DNA of 64,000 nucleotides from Lytechinus pictus (Eukaryota). Position 1 is the first letter of the stretch. Every line of letters begins with the position of its first letter. The stretch is from the NCBI RefSeq assembly GCF_037042905.1, contig NC_087251.1, positions 47,432,001 through 47,496,000 of the forward strand. Direction: 5' to 3'. The notes under the pieces are model-generated. The model worked only from the letters and a program-made list of their open reading frames with translations, did no database searches and was not told the origin of the DNA. Shown one piece after another: positions 1 to 14,300 of the stretch. A program made the translations under genes and the position numbers.

Positions 1-2309
1 TAACAAGATATTGCAGGAAATTTCATAAAAACTTTGATTCAAATTTATATAATTACTATTTTAACAGTTCCGTAAATATAACCTATTGTGATCAGATGAA
101 GAGTTTCCTATCGTCAAATCTGCAAAGAATAAAAAACAAAATGCCACAAAAAATAGAAACGAATGTGATGTGAGTGACAACTCTAATTTGCATATCATTG
201 TTTTCTGTATATGACTGTTTTGAGTAAAAACAACAAGGGAAATTACTCTATTCAAATAATTTTTAGTTGATGTGGACTTGACTTTTAACTCTACCCCTCC
301 CATCCCAAATAAGAGTAGAAATAATCTAATCAAGAACTTGAAAATCAAAAGCAGCAATTAAGAAGCAAGATTTGATAAATACAGGTCTGAATAGAATTTC
401 ACAAGAAAATAAAAAGAGAAAAAAGATGGGTAGGGACGGGGAAGGAATAAACAAAAAATACCATACCCAGAAAAAAAAAATCCGAGTTTCGAACCAGGGT
501 CCTCGCACATGACAAAACAATGGCCAACGCATTTGGCCACAGACCATCGCCCTAACGGGAAAGCATTTTTAAGATATATGAAAGAAAGTCCGCTCGCCGC
601 TGTTTCCTAATAATGCTTCGGCAATTCAACTGCAATTTCAGTCATTTCGCGATGGATATTGCCGTGTTTTTTTTGTGGTTCCTGACTTTGCTACTTAATG
701 AAATTTCATAATTTTTGTTCAGTCATAAAGAAGAATGTCTATGCTTTATATTGATTATAACATTAATGTGACGCAAGTGTGATTTCTACGTGAAAATATG
801 CTTTGTTTATTCACATATATTTCTTGAAAAAAAAAAATTCTAAGCTAAATATCGGTTACCAAAATATGTTAAATGTGCACTTTTTTTCACTGTTCAGTAA
901 ATTCAAACTTTTATCTATATAACAAGACCAATCTTAAGAGGAATAAACAATTCTAAGAGCAAAAAACGCTGATTGGAAAGATCGTCTCCAATGGGCTGCT
1001 GTCAGCTCAGCTGCTCACTGCTCATTGTGTGACGTCACTCAGCTGGAGCTCGCAAGAGGACCGGTGGAAGGCAGAAATATGGCATGAAAATAAATCATTT
1101 TTGAGAGCTGATTTCTGCAATCTCTGATCACTATTTTGAAAAGTGAAGTTATATATCTGATTAGTAATACTTCCCCTTTACAATGATGACCACATAAAGT
1201 CATTATAAAATACTTTTGATTCTTCGGATGTATACTTTAAGTTCTATTTCTCCTTTTCTACTTTGATCGTGTGTATTGGACAATCTTTTATATATTATTA
1301 TTTTCAATGGCTACTTTTCACAATCTAATGCCGAAATCTGCAACATTGGAAAAGCTTTAAAATTGCAGTGTGAAACTGCCCTGAGCCCCGAGTAATGTTT
1401 TCCCTGATGTACAATAGTGCACTTTTTCATTCATTTCATATTGAAGATATATCACCATATATTTTGTATTTCAACTCTACCTTGATATAGGCGGTTGATA
1501 TGGTCCTCGATGCTACTCCATTCCTTGGAAACCAACGCTCAAAGAGGTGGGTATCAAAAGAAACTCAGTTAAATCAATGCTCGATGTGTGTAGCCAAATT
1601 TGACATAAAATGAGGTGTCGGGATAAACTTAACCTATAAAGGGAGAACAAACTGACCGACACTTTGTGTGATCTCTCATTGGCTGTGTTATAAATAGCTA
1701 GTCCTGGCATAATACTGATTGAGATTATAGAGAATGGATTAGCCTAACATTTTATTTGTTTGGAGAAAATAAACATGTTTGTAGAGGAAAAGTACTTGTT
1801 TTGCTACCTGGTAACATACATAATTACTGTGGTATGATAGTATCGAGTCATGAATTAGTGTGTCATCACTTAATTGAGCCTATATTATAAGACTACACTG
1901 CTGAGAATGATGCATTATGGGTTAGGAACCTGGCCGGATTTGAGTAGTCGAGGGCTTTAGATGGCGCTAAACAAGGTTGCTTGATCGTATTTGCTTGATA
2001 ATCCAAAATGGTAGTCACTTAATATTTTTCCTTGGAAGTTTTTGTATTTTATTTTTTTATGAAAGCAAGTTATGAGATTGCAACGCTTTCTATTTGCTGG
2101 CCAGGGTATTTTTAATTTTGATGAGACCGCTAAGCTGTTAAATAAGCATCACATGTTCAGTGTGCAAGACCTAAAAAAAATAATAAAAATATATAAATTT
2201 CTTTTCAGATCGAGTGTGTGATCTTGAATCACTTGGTTAAAAGTTAATTTATTTTTTGGGGTTATGAAGCCATTTATTTAAATATGCTCATATTTTTTGT
2301 CTTTACCAG

Positions 2310-2415
2310 ATATTCCCTGGTAATCAAGGATGGTAAGGTGACGGCAGTCAATGAAGAACCAGATGGAACCGGTTTGACCTGCAGTCTGGCTGACACAGTG
2401 CTCAATCAACTGTAA
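2310..2415 (+). CDS. PRDX5: Peroxiredoxin-5 (atypical 2-Cys Prx), terminal coding exon; upstream exons lie before the window
   Basis: Acceptor ttttttgtctttaccag|A, then YSLVIKDGKVTAVNEEPDGTGLTCSLADTVLNQL*. This matches the PRDX5 C-terminus (EPDGTGLTCSLA, containing the resolving Cys). AATAAA follows at ~2428 and ~2654. Confidence 0.92.
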
Positions 2416-4605
2416 TGAATGAAATGAAATAAATGAAGTCTCTCTTTATGAGTCAATGAGAGTATATCAGTGTAAGCCAAATGAAAATGAATTTATTTCA
2501 TTCCTATCACATTGAGTATTTTATTTACCACCATAGTGAGAAGACAATCATGTTCCTAGATTTTAACTGAAATTTGTCTAACATAATGAGTATTTTAATC
2601 CTGTAACGGATCATCCTTTAGAAGAATTTTCTTTCTGGAATTGCCATGAATGTAATAAAATGATTTGAAAGGTAATATTCAGCGCATAAGACACAAGTTT
2701 CCTACCCGGAGTACAAACTTGTTTTGATTTCAATAGTTATATTGCTATTATTTGCTCATATTTCATTATCAATTCCAGATTCAATGGCTCTTAAATGAGA
2801 TGTAGTCTGCCTATAAACTCATCCTTCAAACTTTGCAATTCCAAACAGAATCAATAGCTTTCATAAATGAGGCATTTCTATACTTGTAATTTTATTAGTC
2901 AAATAGCAATTTTCTGACCAGATTATTTAAAACATTTCTCTTATTCACTTCTTAGAAGTCAAATTTTGCATTAGCTTTATATCTGGAATATATTTTTAAC
3001 CGCACAAAAGTGTTATAGTAAGCTGCCAAAGGCCTATACTAGTGAAAGAAGTTTATATGTACTAAGTTTGTATTAAGTTGTGGAATAGAAAATATTTTAT
3101 TTAATGTAGTATTATAGATATGACCAAAGAATGTCTAGATCATATTTTCCTTGCCCCATATATCCATGGTATAACATACAATACTGTGGAATATAAAAGC
3201 CTATTTGTCAATGCTGTCGGCATATGATAGGGAAAGATAAGGGTATTTCTATGTAATGATACATTAACTTTCACATTGTAGTAAATGGATATTTCATAAT
3301 TTTTCTGGTTTATGCGATACATCAATAATTTTGTTTTTATTTTAATTTCCAACAATCTACCCAGGTGGAAATTTCAGTGCTCTTGAACTAGCAGAACAAG
3401 AAAAAAATTAAACAAAAGTAATGACAATTTGCAGGATTAAAATAAAATAATGCAATTTATTCGAAAGGGGATAGTGTAGTGGTTGAGTACAGATGAATGT
3501 CTATTGATATATCAGTATTCTTTATTTCATTATGCAGAGTAAAATGTCTCCATACCTAATATTTATTCTGTATGTGAATAGTTGGATGACAAATGGTCTA
3601 TGAAATAGGCTATGAATGAATTGATAAAATAATAAAATCTTTAAATAATTCATTGATTTTCTGTGTTTGAATTTGAACTCCCTTTTGATAGAATCGATAC
3701 CAAATGAGAAAAGCATGAACGCCAATGGTTTGATAAAAATGAGCAGCTACCTTATTAAATTATCTCGACCTATGTAAATGTTCACTATAAATGTATAAGA
3801 ATTTGATCTTCACTCAAATTTAAAGTTGTACAGCTGCACAAATTAAACCTGGTAAATTGGAATTTGAATATTGACAAAAGAACCGTTTCATAATTGATCA
3901 TTGATGCTTTTACAGTTCTACGTTGCCAAATGGAACAGACACACTGTCCAATTCATTGAGAAAGTCTCCAGATAAAAAAGTTTGTTCATCCTCACAACCA
4001 AGTCTTTGTCTAATATGAACACGTCCTCAGTTTTTTGGTACACCCACATCTGACGGTCTGGAGAGATAACAAGTTCATGCTTTTATCACGTCTGCACATT
4101 ATACAATGGTCAATGCAAGGCTCCACATAAATTTTTTTTCTTGGTAGCCCGATCGGTCCACCAAAATCATCAATTTCATAGTTTTGGTTGCCCGGAAAGC
4201 AAATTTGGTGGCCCTAAAGCAATAGAAAACATTACATTTTATCAAAACTTTGGTAGCCCGACTGGGCCACTACTAATGTCAAGCCCTGGTAAATGAAAGC
4301 TAGAATAAATCAAGGATTGGTCTACAACTGGGTCCTTTTCATAAAGACTTGTTATAACAACAAATGCGCAATTTCGATAACAAATTTACCATCAGCCAGT
4401 CGCATACAAGGATTTCAGTAGCTTTTAACTGGTATTGCAAATTTGTTGTTATAGCAAGTTTTATGAAAAGGGGGTCCCTAGTCTGCAAGCAGACTCAAAT
4501 TTATTCCAAGACTAGACTCAAAACTTTGGTAGAAGCAGCCACAGTACACGAGTGAATCTAGTCTCACCACTTCAGACTCTGCATTATGTACTATGCAAAC
4601 ACCAA

Positions 4606-4989
4606 GGCCCGAATTCACAAAGGTGGTTTTGAGATCCCACGGTCGAGTTCATGGTTTATGCAGATTTTCTGTATAAATTACGTTTAATTAACGCATATAT
4701 TATAAAATTCCAATGCTGATGCACTCTTTTGTCAGTGCCAAATTGACGCCTGTTGCCATGGTTATCCATGCTATTTCATTCAGGAGTCCACTCTTCAAAC
4801 GTGGACTCATGAATAAAATAGCATATCTAACCATGGTAACAGGCGTCAATTTGGCACACTGACAAAAGCGCGCATCAGCATTGGAATTTTTTAATATACG
4901 CGGTAAAATAAGCGTAATTTATACAGGATATCTGCATAAACCATGGATTCAACCGTGGGTTTTCAAAACCACCTTTGTGAATTCGGGCC
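4606..4989. mobile_element. Palindromic MITE (PIF/Harbinger-like termini) inserted into another short repeat
   Basis: TIR GGCCCGAATTCACAAAGGTGGTTTT ... AAAACCACCTTTGTGAATTCGGGCC; CAA on both flanks. Confidence 0.8.
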
Positions 4990-6516
4990 CAAAGGTCTGT
5001 GCCTTCAGGCTAGTCTACGCTTGTTTCATCTACTTTCCTTTTGGTCTCATCCCACATGGTCTTATCCCGGTTTATCTATAATTATACTACCATTCAGCAC
5101 ACTCAAAATTTGGTCTAATTTCCAGTCAGACTATACCAATATCCACATGGCCTAACACCATCTAGTGTGTAGGTTACATGTACTATTTATCAATCTTTTT
5201 TTTTTTTTGACAAAGAGCAAAAGTAATTGGTAGACAAAGTAGAAATGAGATCATCTGAGCATTTGACCGAAAATGAGAACAAATTCATAGCAGACCAATT
5301 GGGTTTAGGTCATGTAGTATGACTACTTATGAAGTTGACCAACTGCTTGTAGACCAGTGAATATATAACAATTAAAAATTGATATTCCTCAGAAAATAAC
5401 AAAACAGTACACCAACTTCATTCATCATAATTCGATATATTTCCTGGGAAAATAATAGTGGCACAAACGTGAAACTGTAACATTGATACATGCATAGGCT
5501 CACAGTTTTTTTTATTCAAACACTGATTTATCAAGAATTCTCAACATTATGGCTTGAACGTATTATGTACAATTCCTATTCCATCCTTGGTCTTTGCTTA
5601 TGCCACAAAAACATATCAAGGCAAATCAAAATAACAAGCAAGCTCATCTACTGCTTGCAATGTTTTCATTATAAATCCTTCTACTGCCTGCATCTTGTAA
5701 CACCTACACTGTGACGCCATCTTCATTACTTTCCCTAATCAACCGAGCAACAAAATCCTATAATTATTACACTTTGTAAGCCCATTGAAACTAAACTTTT
5801 TTAACACAATTTGATTTGGCTATATACCACATTTTCCATAAACTCTAGCCCAGATATTTCATGCATAGGGCTAAATGTATCAAGTTTTTTTTCCATTTAA
5901 ATCACTTCTAGTTAGCAAACACTAATTATGAGCCTAACAATAGAACACATATTAAAGAGTACTGATTAATAATGCATTATGGTATACATTATTTAACGAT
6001 CGTGTGGTCATTCATTTCAACTTCTGCTCAAAATTGTAAATCTAGTACTCAAATTTTCACCACACAAAATGACAAAACCTGAATCAATATTAATCAATGA
6101 TGATAGAACTATTTTTCTTTTCCATAATTTTATCTTTAAAATGTCAACTAATCAAATTAGTGTTCAAACTATTAACTTTGCGTAGCTCTAAAATAATATT
6201 TTGAAGGTAATGTTGGAACTGATAACGACGGCATTTTGACATACACCAAACCACAGTAAAATGCTGGTAGGCCAACAGAGTACGACTGAATAATATTCAA
6301 CGTATCTTCATAGATATAACTATGACACTTATCAAGGTATGATTGTTAATAGTTTGCAAGCGAGAACTCAAATTTGACACAAATAATACCATGTCTAGAG
6401 CAGAGATTTAGACTCCAAACCCCATGACCAGTATCTCCAAAGAGGTTTCAATTGTATCATGAAACAAAACCATGGATGGTCCAGAATTTTGTACAGAATC
6501 ATGCCTATTTCATCCT

Positions 6517-7038
6517 GTATGGTTGGGGGTCCTAAAGCTACACGGGTCCTAAAGCTACGCACCACTCCAATGCGCATGCAATTTCAATTGCAAAATGCAC
6601 ACTCTGTATGTGGAGCTAGTGACTGCAGTGTGACGAACGATTCCTATTCACAGTTTTTTTCTACAGAGGCTGCAATAAATCGCTAAATACAGAGAAAACC
6701 AGCAACTGTTTGGAGTTATATCCACTTTGATTTCATATTTTCCTTTAAGAATATGAACATTATTTAGAAGTTTAGGCACAGGAAATACTTTTTCTTTGCG
6801 TGATAAATTGAATGCGTAGCTTTAGGACCCCTTCTATATCGGGCGGCGAAATCAAGAGGTGTTCGGAAAACACGGCGGGATTTTCGTATTAGTGAGTTTT
6901 GTGATATTTTCTTTTTGGTTATGAATCTTTACAATATTTAACACAAATTTGTGAAAGATGATTTGTTAGAATATAAAAATTGGCATAGTTTTTATTGTTT
7001 GTAAACAAAGTGCGTAGCTTTAGGTCCCCCCATCATAC
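6517..7038. mobile_element. Non-autonomous TIR element
   Basis: GGGGGTCCTAAAGCTAC repeated at the left end; inverted GTAGCTTTAGG(A/T)CCCC at ~6817 and ~7015. Confidence 0.65.
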
Positions 7039-10000
7039 ACTTGTATAAATCCAATTAAATGCACACTTTTGGCAAAGGATGCCATTGGGAAGCGCAAAAT
7101 AAGAGAAATCTGCATAAACCATGGTTTTGTACAACGGTACAATCGAAACCTCTGTCATGAATACAGGCCTATCTGTAGTGGCAGACACGGTAAAGAATGA
7201 ATCTAGTCTCACTACCTCCATCTCGGAATAATGCAAAACAAAAGTGGCTCCAGACTAGTACGGGAGCATGCTATGCTTTTACCAAGCAACGTTGATACCA
7301 TCTTACAAGCTCTCATACTCATTTGTTACTCTTCTTATAAAGTGTATTCAATATTCATGGGTCTCCAGGCCAAAATGATAGAAATTATTAAAAAAATAAA
7401 AATCACCAAAATGGATATCCATAATTTCCAGACGAGATGTCTTCTCCAATTAACAATGCTACAAGATGTGTTCAAGCTATGGCAGTAAACATCCTTTCCC
7501 ATCCCAACTACCGACATTTCAGAACACTAAATCATCCATTCAATAACTCTAAGCTATTCAACACTTGCAAAATACAGACTTCTATAATCACATATATACA
7601 AAATTAAGATAATTTCAGATTTTGACACATCTTGATATAATCACTGCATTGTATTGGCATTACATGCTCGATGCAATGATTCTATACATATAGGAAGAGA
7701 AAGGAAATAGCGTTTTGAGATCATGGTGGCTGTCTGCATACTTGTAATTGTAAAAATTTAATCCTGTCCTTGTTTGGAGTATTTTTCATGATCAAATATT
7801 GCTCAAAACTTATATTTATAAGGGGTTGATTACATGATTCCATGCAATGAGAAATCCACGAGCTGCAAAAATATGATTTTTTAGAAGAAATGAAATATGA
7901 CCGAAAGAAATGTATTTGATTATCTTTATCTTTGTGACATGGTATCTTTTAGATAAGGGTTGAAAAAGTGTGTGTGGAAAACTAAACCTTTTTTCGCCTT
8001 TCCCGCCCTGCGCTAAATCGACCTTTAAATTATATTACAAAATCACTATAATTCTTGAAAATCTTATTTTTTGTGCATTGGAATTTTTTTTTTAATTGGT
8101 TTATTGTCTAAGACATAACATAATGCACTGTAAAAAAAATGATTGCACTAAAAGAAATTTATACTGTCGTTAATAATGAAAGGAAAATAAATCCAAAGTA
8201 AAGTTTTTCATAAGCTACAAATACATTTTATTTCTAAAGGTATGTGAAGTCTAATCCTGAATCTTCATTCAACATGCTGTCTATACAACACACAAGAGAA
8301 AAATCACAGCCAGTGAACTTGGCACAACTTGAAAAAAAGTAACCAAAAATCAATTGTATCATCCCAGAGTATAGGAGTATAGGATACTTAAATAGGTCAA
8401 AGCCAGTTGAAATACATGTCAAAGCTTTTTAAGAGATAAATGCAACTTTGAGCCCTTTTGTTCCTTTCTTTCTTAATTAAATAAGTCTTAAAGAGTATAC
8501 TGAAGTTGGGTTTACTAGTAACTTAGACCATTGTCTAAGTCTGTCAAAAGTATGAGAAGCCAAACATTTCAAAATGTTGTTTACATTGCATGCACTAAGT
8601 TCACTGCTCTTTCCTAATTCTTTATTGGTAAAAACAACATCTTATTTATCATTCCCATACACTTAAGTATGATTTGAGTGTCAAAAGAGCTGATTCATTG
8701 TCTCTACTATTAGAGATTTATGTCACAATTGGCTATCCATAGTTAAACCACAAATTTCTACCAGAGTTTTGAAGTAACCCTGACTTCAGAATACGGGCCT
8801 ATATTTCAACAAATCTTACATGATTGAATAGTGGATACCCAATGTGGAATTCCTCTAAATAAGAACAATAAAATAGGATTGCAAGAACTCTTCACAAGTT
8901 CTACCATTCAATCAGGAACACAAAAGAATTTGGTCTGGTATATATGTGTGCTGTAGTACTGAATAATGTCTGCAAACATTCTTTACAAGATGATGCGGAA
9001 ACCAAAATCAAATTGCCCCCAAAATTCCTGACAAATGCAAGCAATCCTACATCTCTAAAGAAAACTTACAAAGCAATTTCATCTTTGCATATGATTTCAT
9101 ATTGGGCCTACTACAATCTTTCACCCAATGCCATGCAAGTTATTTACATTACAAAGATGCAGTTGGCATTTTCATCTTTCCAACTTGAAATGCTCTAATG
9201 GCCTGCACGACCGACAACAAAGAATGTGAAATGAAGCCAGGCAGTCATATCCTTGGTGTATAGAACTCAAGAAGATTTTTCCTGCTTCGCCTCATATCAC
9301 CTAAACCTTCACCAAATGTTTGTGCTTATTTACTTCAGCTGGTAATGCATTCATAACAGGTAGGTTTTGCCATCACCTTGGGAAAGCATGTATCATGCAG
9401 ATATCAATAACATAAAAGAAAGTGATATTTTTTTTTAACCAGACAATCTCCATTGCCATGCTTTTCTTTTTCATCATCAGATGCTAATCACTAGTTCAAT
9501 GAAGCGAGGAATATCTCTGAAAGCATGACAATCGATAAGTTTGGATAAGAATCGTTCCTGGGCAGGCCGAACCGTTCAATCTGATGAAATCGTAGACGTG
9601 TCACGATCGTCTAGCAGTGCACGAGTGGTATTGCATGTCTTACAGCACTTTATATTCAGCATCAAGTGCTCATTGTGCAGTGCATAGACATTTGTGCTAT
9701 CACTTTCAACATTCCAAATGTCAGTAATATTTTCAAATACATGTTGCTTGAAAAAAAAGAGCCGTTTCCTCCATTAATTCACACAATGGCAACAGGGTCC
9801 GACTGGTCCCTGATTTCAAGAAGTAGGAAGTTAAAAAAAATTGTCAGATCAGTACCAAATAATATCAAATCCAGTAACTACTACCAATAGTTAAGATTTG
9901 AACGTACATGTCACCGTCACCCGAGTGGACTATGTTCGACCAGAAAAAAAAAAGGCCTCACATTCCTTTAGCTATCAAAGAATAACAATACATTTATACT

Positions 10001-11262
10001 CAAAGTACAGTATTTCAGAAAAGGTTTGCAGCTTATGCTAATATCTCTTCGCAGTAGGCTTGAAAGTGGTTTGGCTACACAGGCGCATCACTATAGTATG
10101 CTCGAAACACCACAAATAACAATCACACAAGATGAAGTTTTCTTTTAATGACCAGAAAAGATTATGAAGAAAGCAAGGGGTATCCACGAACGAGGGTTAT
10201 AACCATTTACTGTAGACTTTTCCAAAATAAAGAGAAACAACACCAATATTGTAATGCAGTTTCAAAACAACATTCAAGAATTTATCTAACATGATGGATC
10301 ATAGCTCACAGGGGGATAATCACACAAGAACATTCTTACATTCCTATTGAACTATTGAAAATATCCTACACTAGTGGTTGACCAATCGGGATTCCATTGA
10401 GCTTTCTACAAGGATCTACAAACAATTTTGAATAAAAATTTATCAGGGCCCTGTCTTACAAAGAGTTGCAATTGATCCTATGGAAAGCCAGGAACATCAA
10501 CATATAAAATGCATGTTTGCTAATATGTTTTCTGAATATAATGATTAGTCAAACATTCATCTTTTGACATTTCAGTAAGCTCCTCCTGGTTAAAAAAAAA
10601 AGGGACATTGTGCAAATTTCCTGTATGAAAAGGTGAGACACTGGTGGACTTCCAAATAGATGAGGTTGATCCCATCAATCTCAGCTCATTCTTCATCTGG
10701 CATGATGAGTTCTGAGATCTGACAACTTTCCTTGATTTTGAATGGCTGAGAACCATTGGTGTTTGATTGTTACTATGGTAACTATCCAATGAAACAGACT
10801 TTGTCACACATGACATCAGTCCTTTGACGAAATGCACTCCCGCAAAATATTTCTTTTTGCAATACTTGCACATACATGTAATGCCTTTAATTCATGCTAT
10901 TAAATACCTAAAGCAATATGAAGCGAAAATGGGGCTGAAAATGCCCAATAGGGAATTCAGCGAGTTTAAAGACGGGGGGGGGGGGGGGGGGGGGATACAT
11001 ATGTACTTAGGTTAGAACACATTTCAATTAAGTAACAACAGTCACACAATAACTATCTTTTTAAGATAGTTTAACAACAGACAATACTTTTTACGATACA
11101 ATTTTGTCAAAGATAAACTCTGTTTGCATGGAAGATTTGCGCCACTAGAGATTTCGTCTCATTTAAAGTCTTTCTAAATACAGTACACAAGAAATCCACA
11201 CTGATATATATATATATTTATTTATATTCATTTTATAATACACAATATAGTAAGTATTAGAG

Positions 11263-11343
11263 CTAGTTTATTGGCTTGTACAAAAGAGATGTCACATATT
11301 TCTTTCGATAGCGATGTGTCGCACTAAGCACCATTACTCCATC
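11263..11343 (-). CDS. PRKAB: AMPK beta terminal coding exon
   Basis: DGVMVLSATHRYRKKYVTSLLYKPIN*; TTTTGCAG| acceptor. Confidence 0.95.
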   Translation of the reverse strand, partial: DGVMVLSATHRYRKKYVTSLLYKPIN

Positions 11344-14300
11344 CTGCAAAATGGATAAAATACAAAATAAAATGGTTATAAAAGACAATTTTTTAATAAA
11401 CATCATAATAATATAACATAAAACATTTGCCTCAAATAATATAACATATCATAAAATAACACTGGGCAGTAATCTGATAATTAAACCTAGTAGGTTTAAC
11501 CCTATTCTAAACTAGAATATTAAACCATACTTCTATGGAATGCTGGGCTTTATAACATCTCTTTCATATTCGTGGCAATTAAAATGTATTAATTCATTCA
11601 TCAAAATTTATGTATTTTCCTATTCTTCCCATTCCACGTCTCTCTTAAATTTTTACAACTTTTTTGTAGCATGACAATAATTATTTTAACTGGTGAATGA
11701 GTTGACCACTGTCACTCCATAAAAGCGTTGATCAAGTTAACCCAGCTTCAACTAAATCATGGCTTTCAGAATACCACCCATTGAGCAATACAAAATAATC
11801 CAGTCCCCCCCCCCCCCCCAACAAAAAAACATTTGAGCAATAAATTTATCAGAAGGGTGAAGCACTGAAAGAAAACACTGAGTTTTTTTTTTTTTTGCAA
11901 GATACACTCATTCTTATTCGTTGTAAAGAAAATTTTAAATTTTGATAAATTATCCCAAATCATTTCAATTCATTTAGAAAATATATAAATGTGAATGCCC
12001 TTATCAATAGTATCCAAAAATTCAAAATTCATATTTAATTTGAAAAAAAAAGAAGATAATTTTAACAAATAATCATAATGGATGGGAAGAAAAAATCTCC
12101 ACTACACTTTAACAACTTAGACTGGAGTTTTAAGAGAAAACTGGAGTGCGATTCACAATACTGACCCTGTACCAAAGTTTTAGATCAGCTTTAAAAGGTG
12201 ATAGGTGACATCTAACATAAAACAGAACTTGACCCAACATGGAAGTTTGCAAGAATGAATGAAGAAGTGGTATTATACCTGTTTATTTTTTTTATTATTT
12301 TTTTTAAATACATTAACTTATTACGTTATAACACATGGAAAACTAAACCTGACAATCAATTCCTCCAAGAAGTTCTTTGAAAACACAACTATCAATATTT
12401 TTCTTAGTTTTGTAAAATCAACTATCAATTTATTTGATAAAAAAAAGAAAAGTAGTAATAATTACAAATGAAGATTATTGGGTGTTGCAAAAAAAATTTT
12501 GCGATCAATAGCAAATTTCAGGTACAAGTTTACAAGTGATAGATCAATATTAACCAAAGCAAATCAATTAATACTTGTTGATGCAAGAAGGAGACTATCA
12601 ATCAATTGCAAAGGTCAATGAAATGCATGACATTGATTGATTTTAGGACCTGAAATTGACTTGCGATCAATTGCAAGTTTCTTGCAATCAATTGCAAGTT
12701 TCTTGCAACACCCCATTAGTTGATTAATTTGAACTTACTTTTATTGACAAGGCATACAGGTGATTCAACATAACATGGTTTGGTTCGGGCAATAGCGCTG
12801 GCTCATACTGAAAATCAATTAAAGATATATTTGTTTTAGCATTAAATTATGAAATGCTACATGCAAGAGAGATCAACAAAGCAATCCACTCTGTACTCTC
12901 CAAATAAGGAAATAATTCAGTTCCTGCTTACAAGTAGGTGGACAGCATGTTCATACTAACATGATCTTAAAATGGTTAACCACCCCCCCCAAAAAAAAAA
13001 AAAAGTAACATAAATTAAAATGAATAAATAAAAATATAAATGAATAAACAAATAATCAATAATATAAAGAAATAAAATAAAAAAGGAAAACAAATAAATG
13101 AATAAAAATGAGAAAAAAATGAGAAAAACAGAAAAAAAAACAATCCTTTTACTATTCACTATTTCCACAGATTCATTTTATCAATTCACATATTTATTCA
13201 TTTATTTTTTATATGAACAGAAGTTGGTAAAAGTTTCAGTAAATGAAATGGAATGTTTAAGATGATGGGACTTGACGAAAGCACGATATTCACAACATCA
13301 TTATTTCTTATAATTTTCTCTCACAGCAAGCGTAAATGGATTTGTCTGCAACGGCACTGTGCAAAAAGTCCAAGCTTTGCTTTCTTCACGTTGGATAATA
13401 CCGCATTATTATAAATATAAACAATCAGTAGGCTACTACCCTGCCCATCCCACAATATAGCCACTCACAATCAATAGCACATCAATTACCATCAAGGATC
13501 GCAAGTCTGAATGTTTATTTACTGCGAGTGGTGATCGATAACAAGTAACGCTAATGTCTGAATAGATATGTGTTCAATCAATTATAATAACTGTGCAAAT
13601 TTTAGATTGCGTGTAATGCCCCTAAATGCAGAGCGCGATAATTTGTGACGTGTGCAATGGGATGTATTATGCATTAATGCTTTCAATGAGTAAAAAAAAA
13701 AAGTGTTGATGTTTTAAATATGTTATTGATCACCTGTTCCAATCTCTTGGATGGAGTGATAAGGTGTGCACAACTCTTACTGATCACTATTGGTTATGAA
13801 CTGATAATGCTATCCATCACAAGTGGTAATAATATCTAAATGCAGCCTATATTGGCTAAACAATTAAACTATTCCTACATTCTACACAAGACAGCATCTC
13901 AATTTTCCCTAAAATTATCATATTAATATTGTCTAGAAAAGTTACTATTCAGTGAAATCGATTATAAAACCTTCCCCCAAAGTGGCGATAGAGGTTTGCT
14001 CAGCAACATACTGAGGTTTAAAGAACAGACAAAATTAATTGAAAGTGATTGTCAAATGACAAAAAACAAATGTAGAAAATTGGTTAATAGGAACAGCAGC
14101 TTCGTTTTAAGGTAAATATGTAGTATGCCAGAAATCAAGGACAAAGCTACCGTTTTGATTCACCAAATTTTCAATTTACTTCTTTGCTGTTCTTTATCGT
14201 TATAGGCATTTGACAATACATTTTCTATGTTCTTGATTCACCCATACATCGCTGAGTGTAAACTCTCAAATCTAATTTCATGAAACGTCATAAAATATTG

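Noticed and set aside
478..556. Minus-strand tRNA-like segment (TGGCCAAATGCG...GGTTCGAAAC)
   Set aside because: Degenerate, no convincing cloverleaf, embedded in repeat-like sequence.
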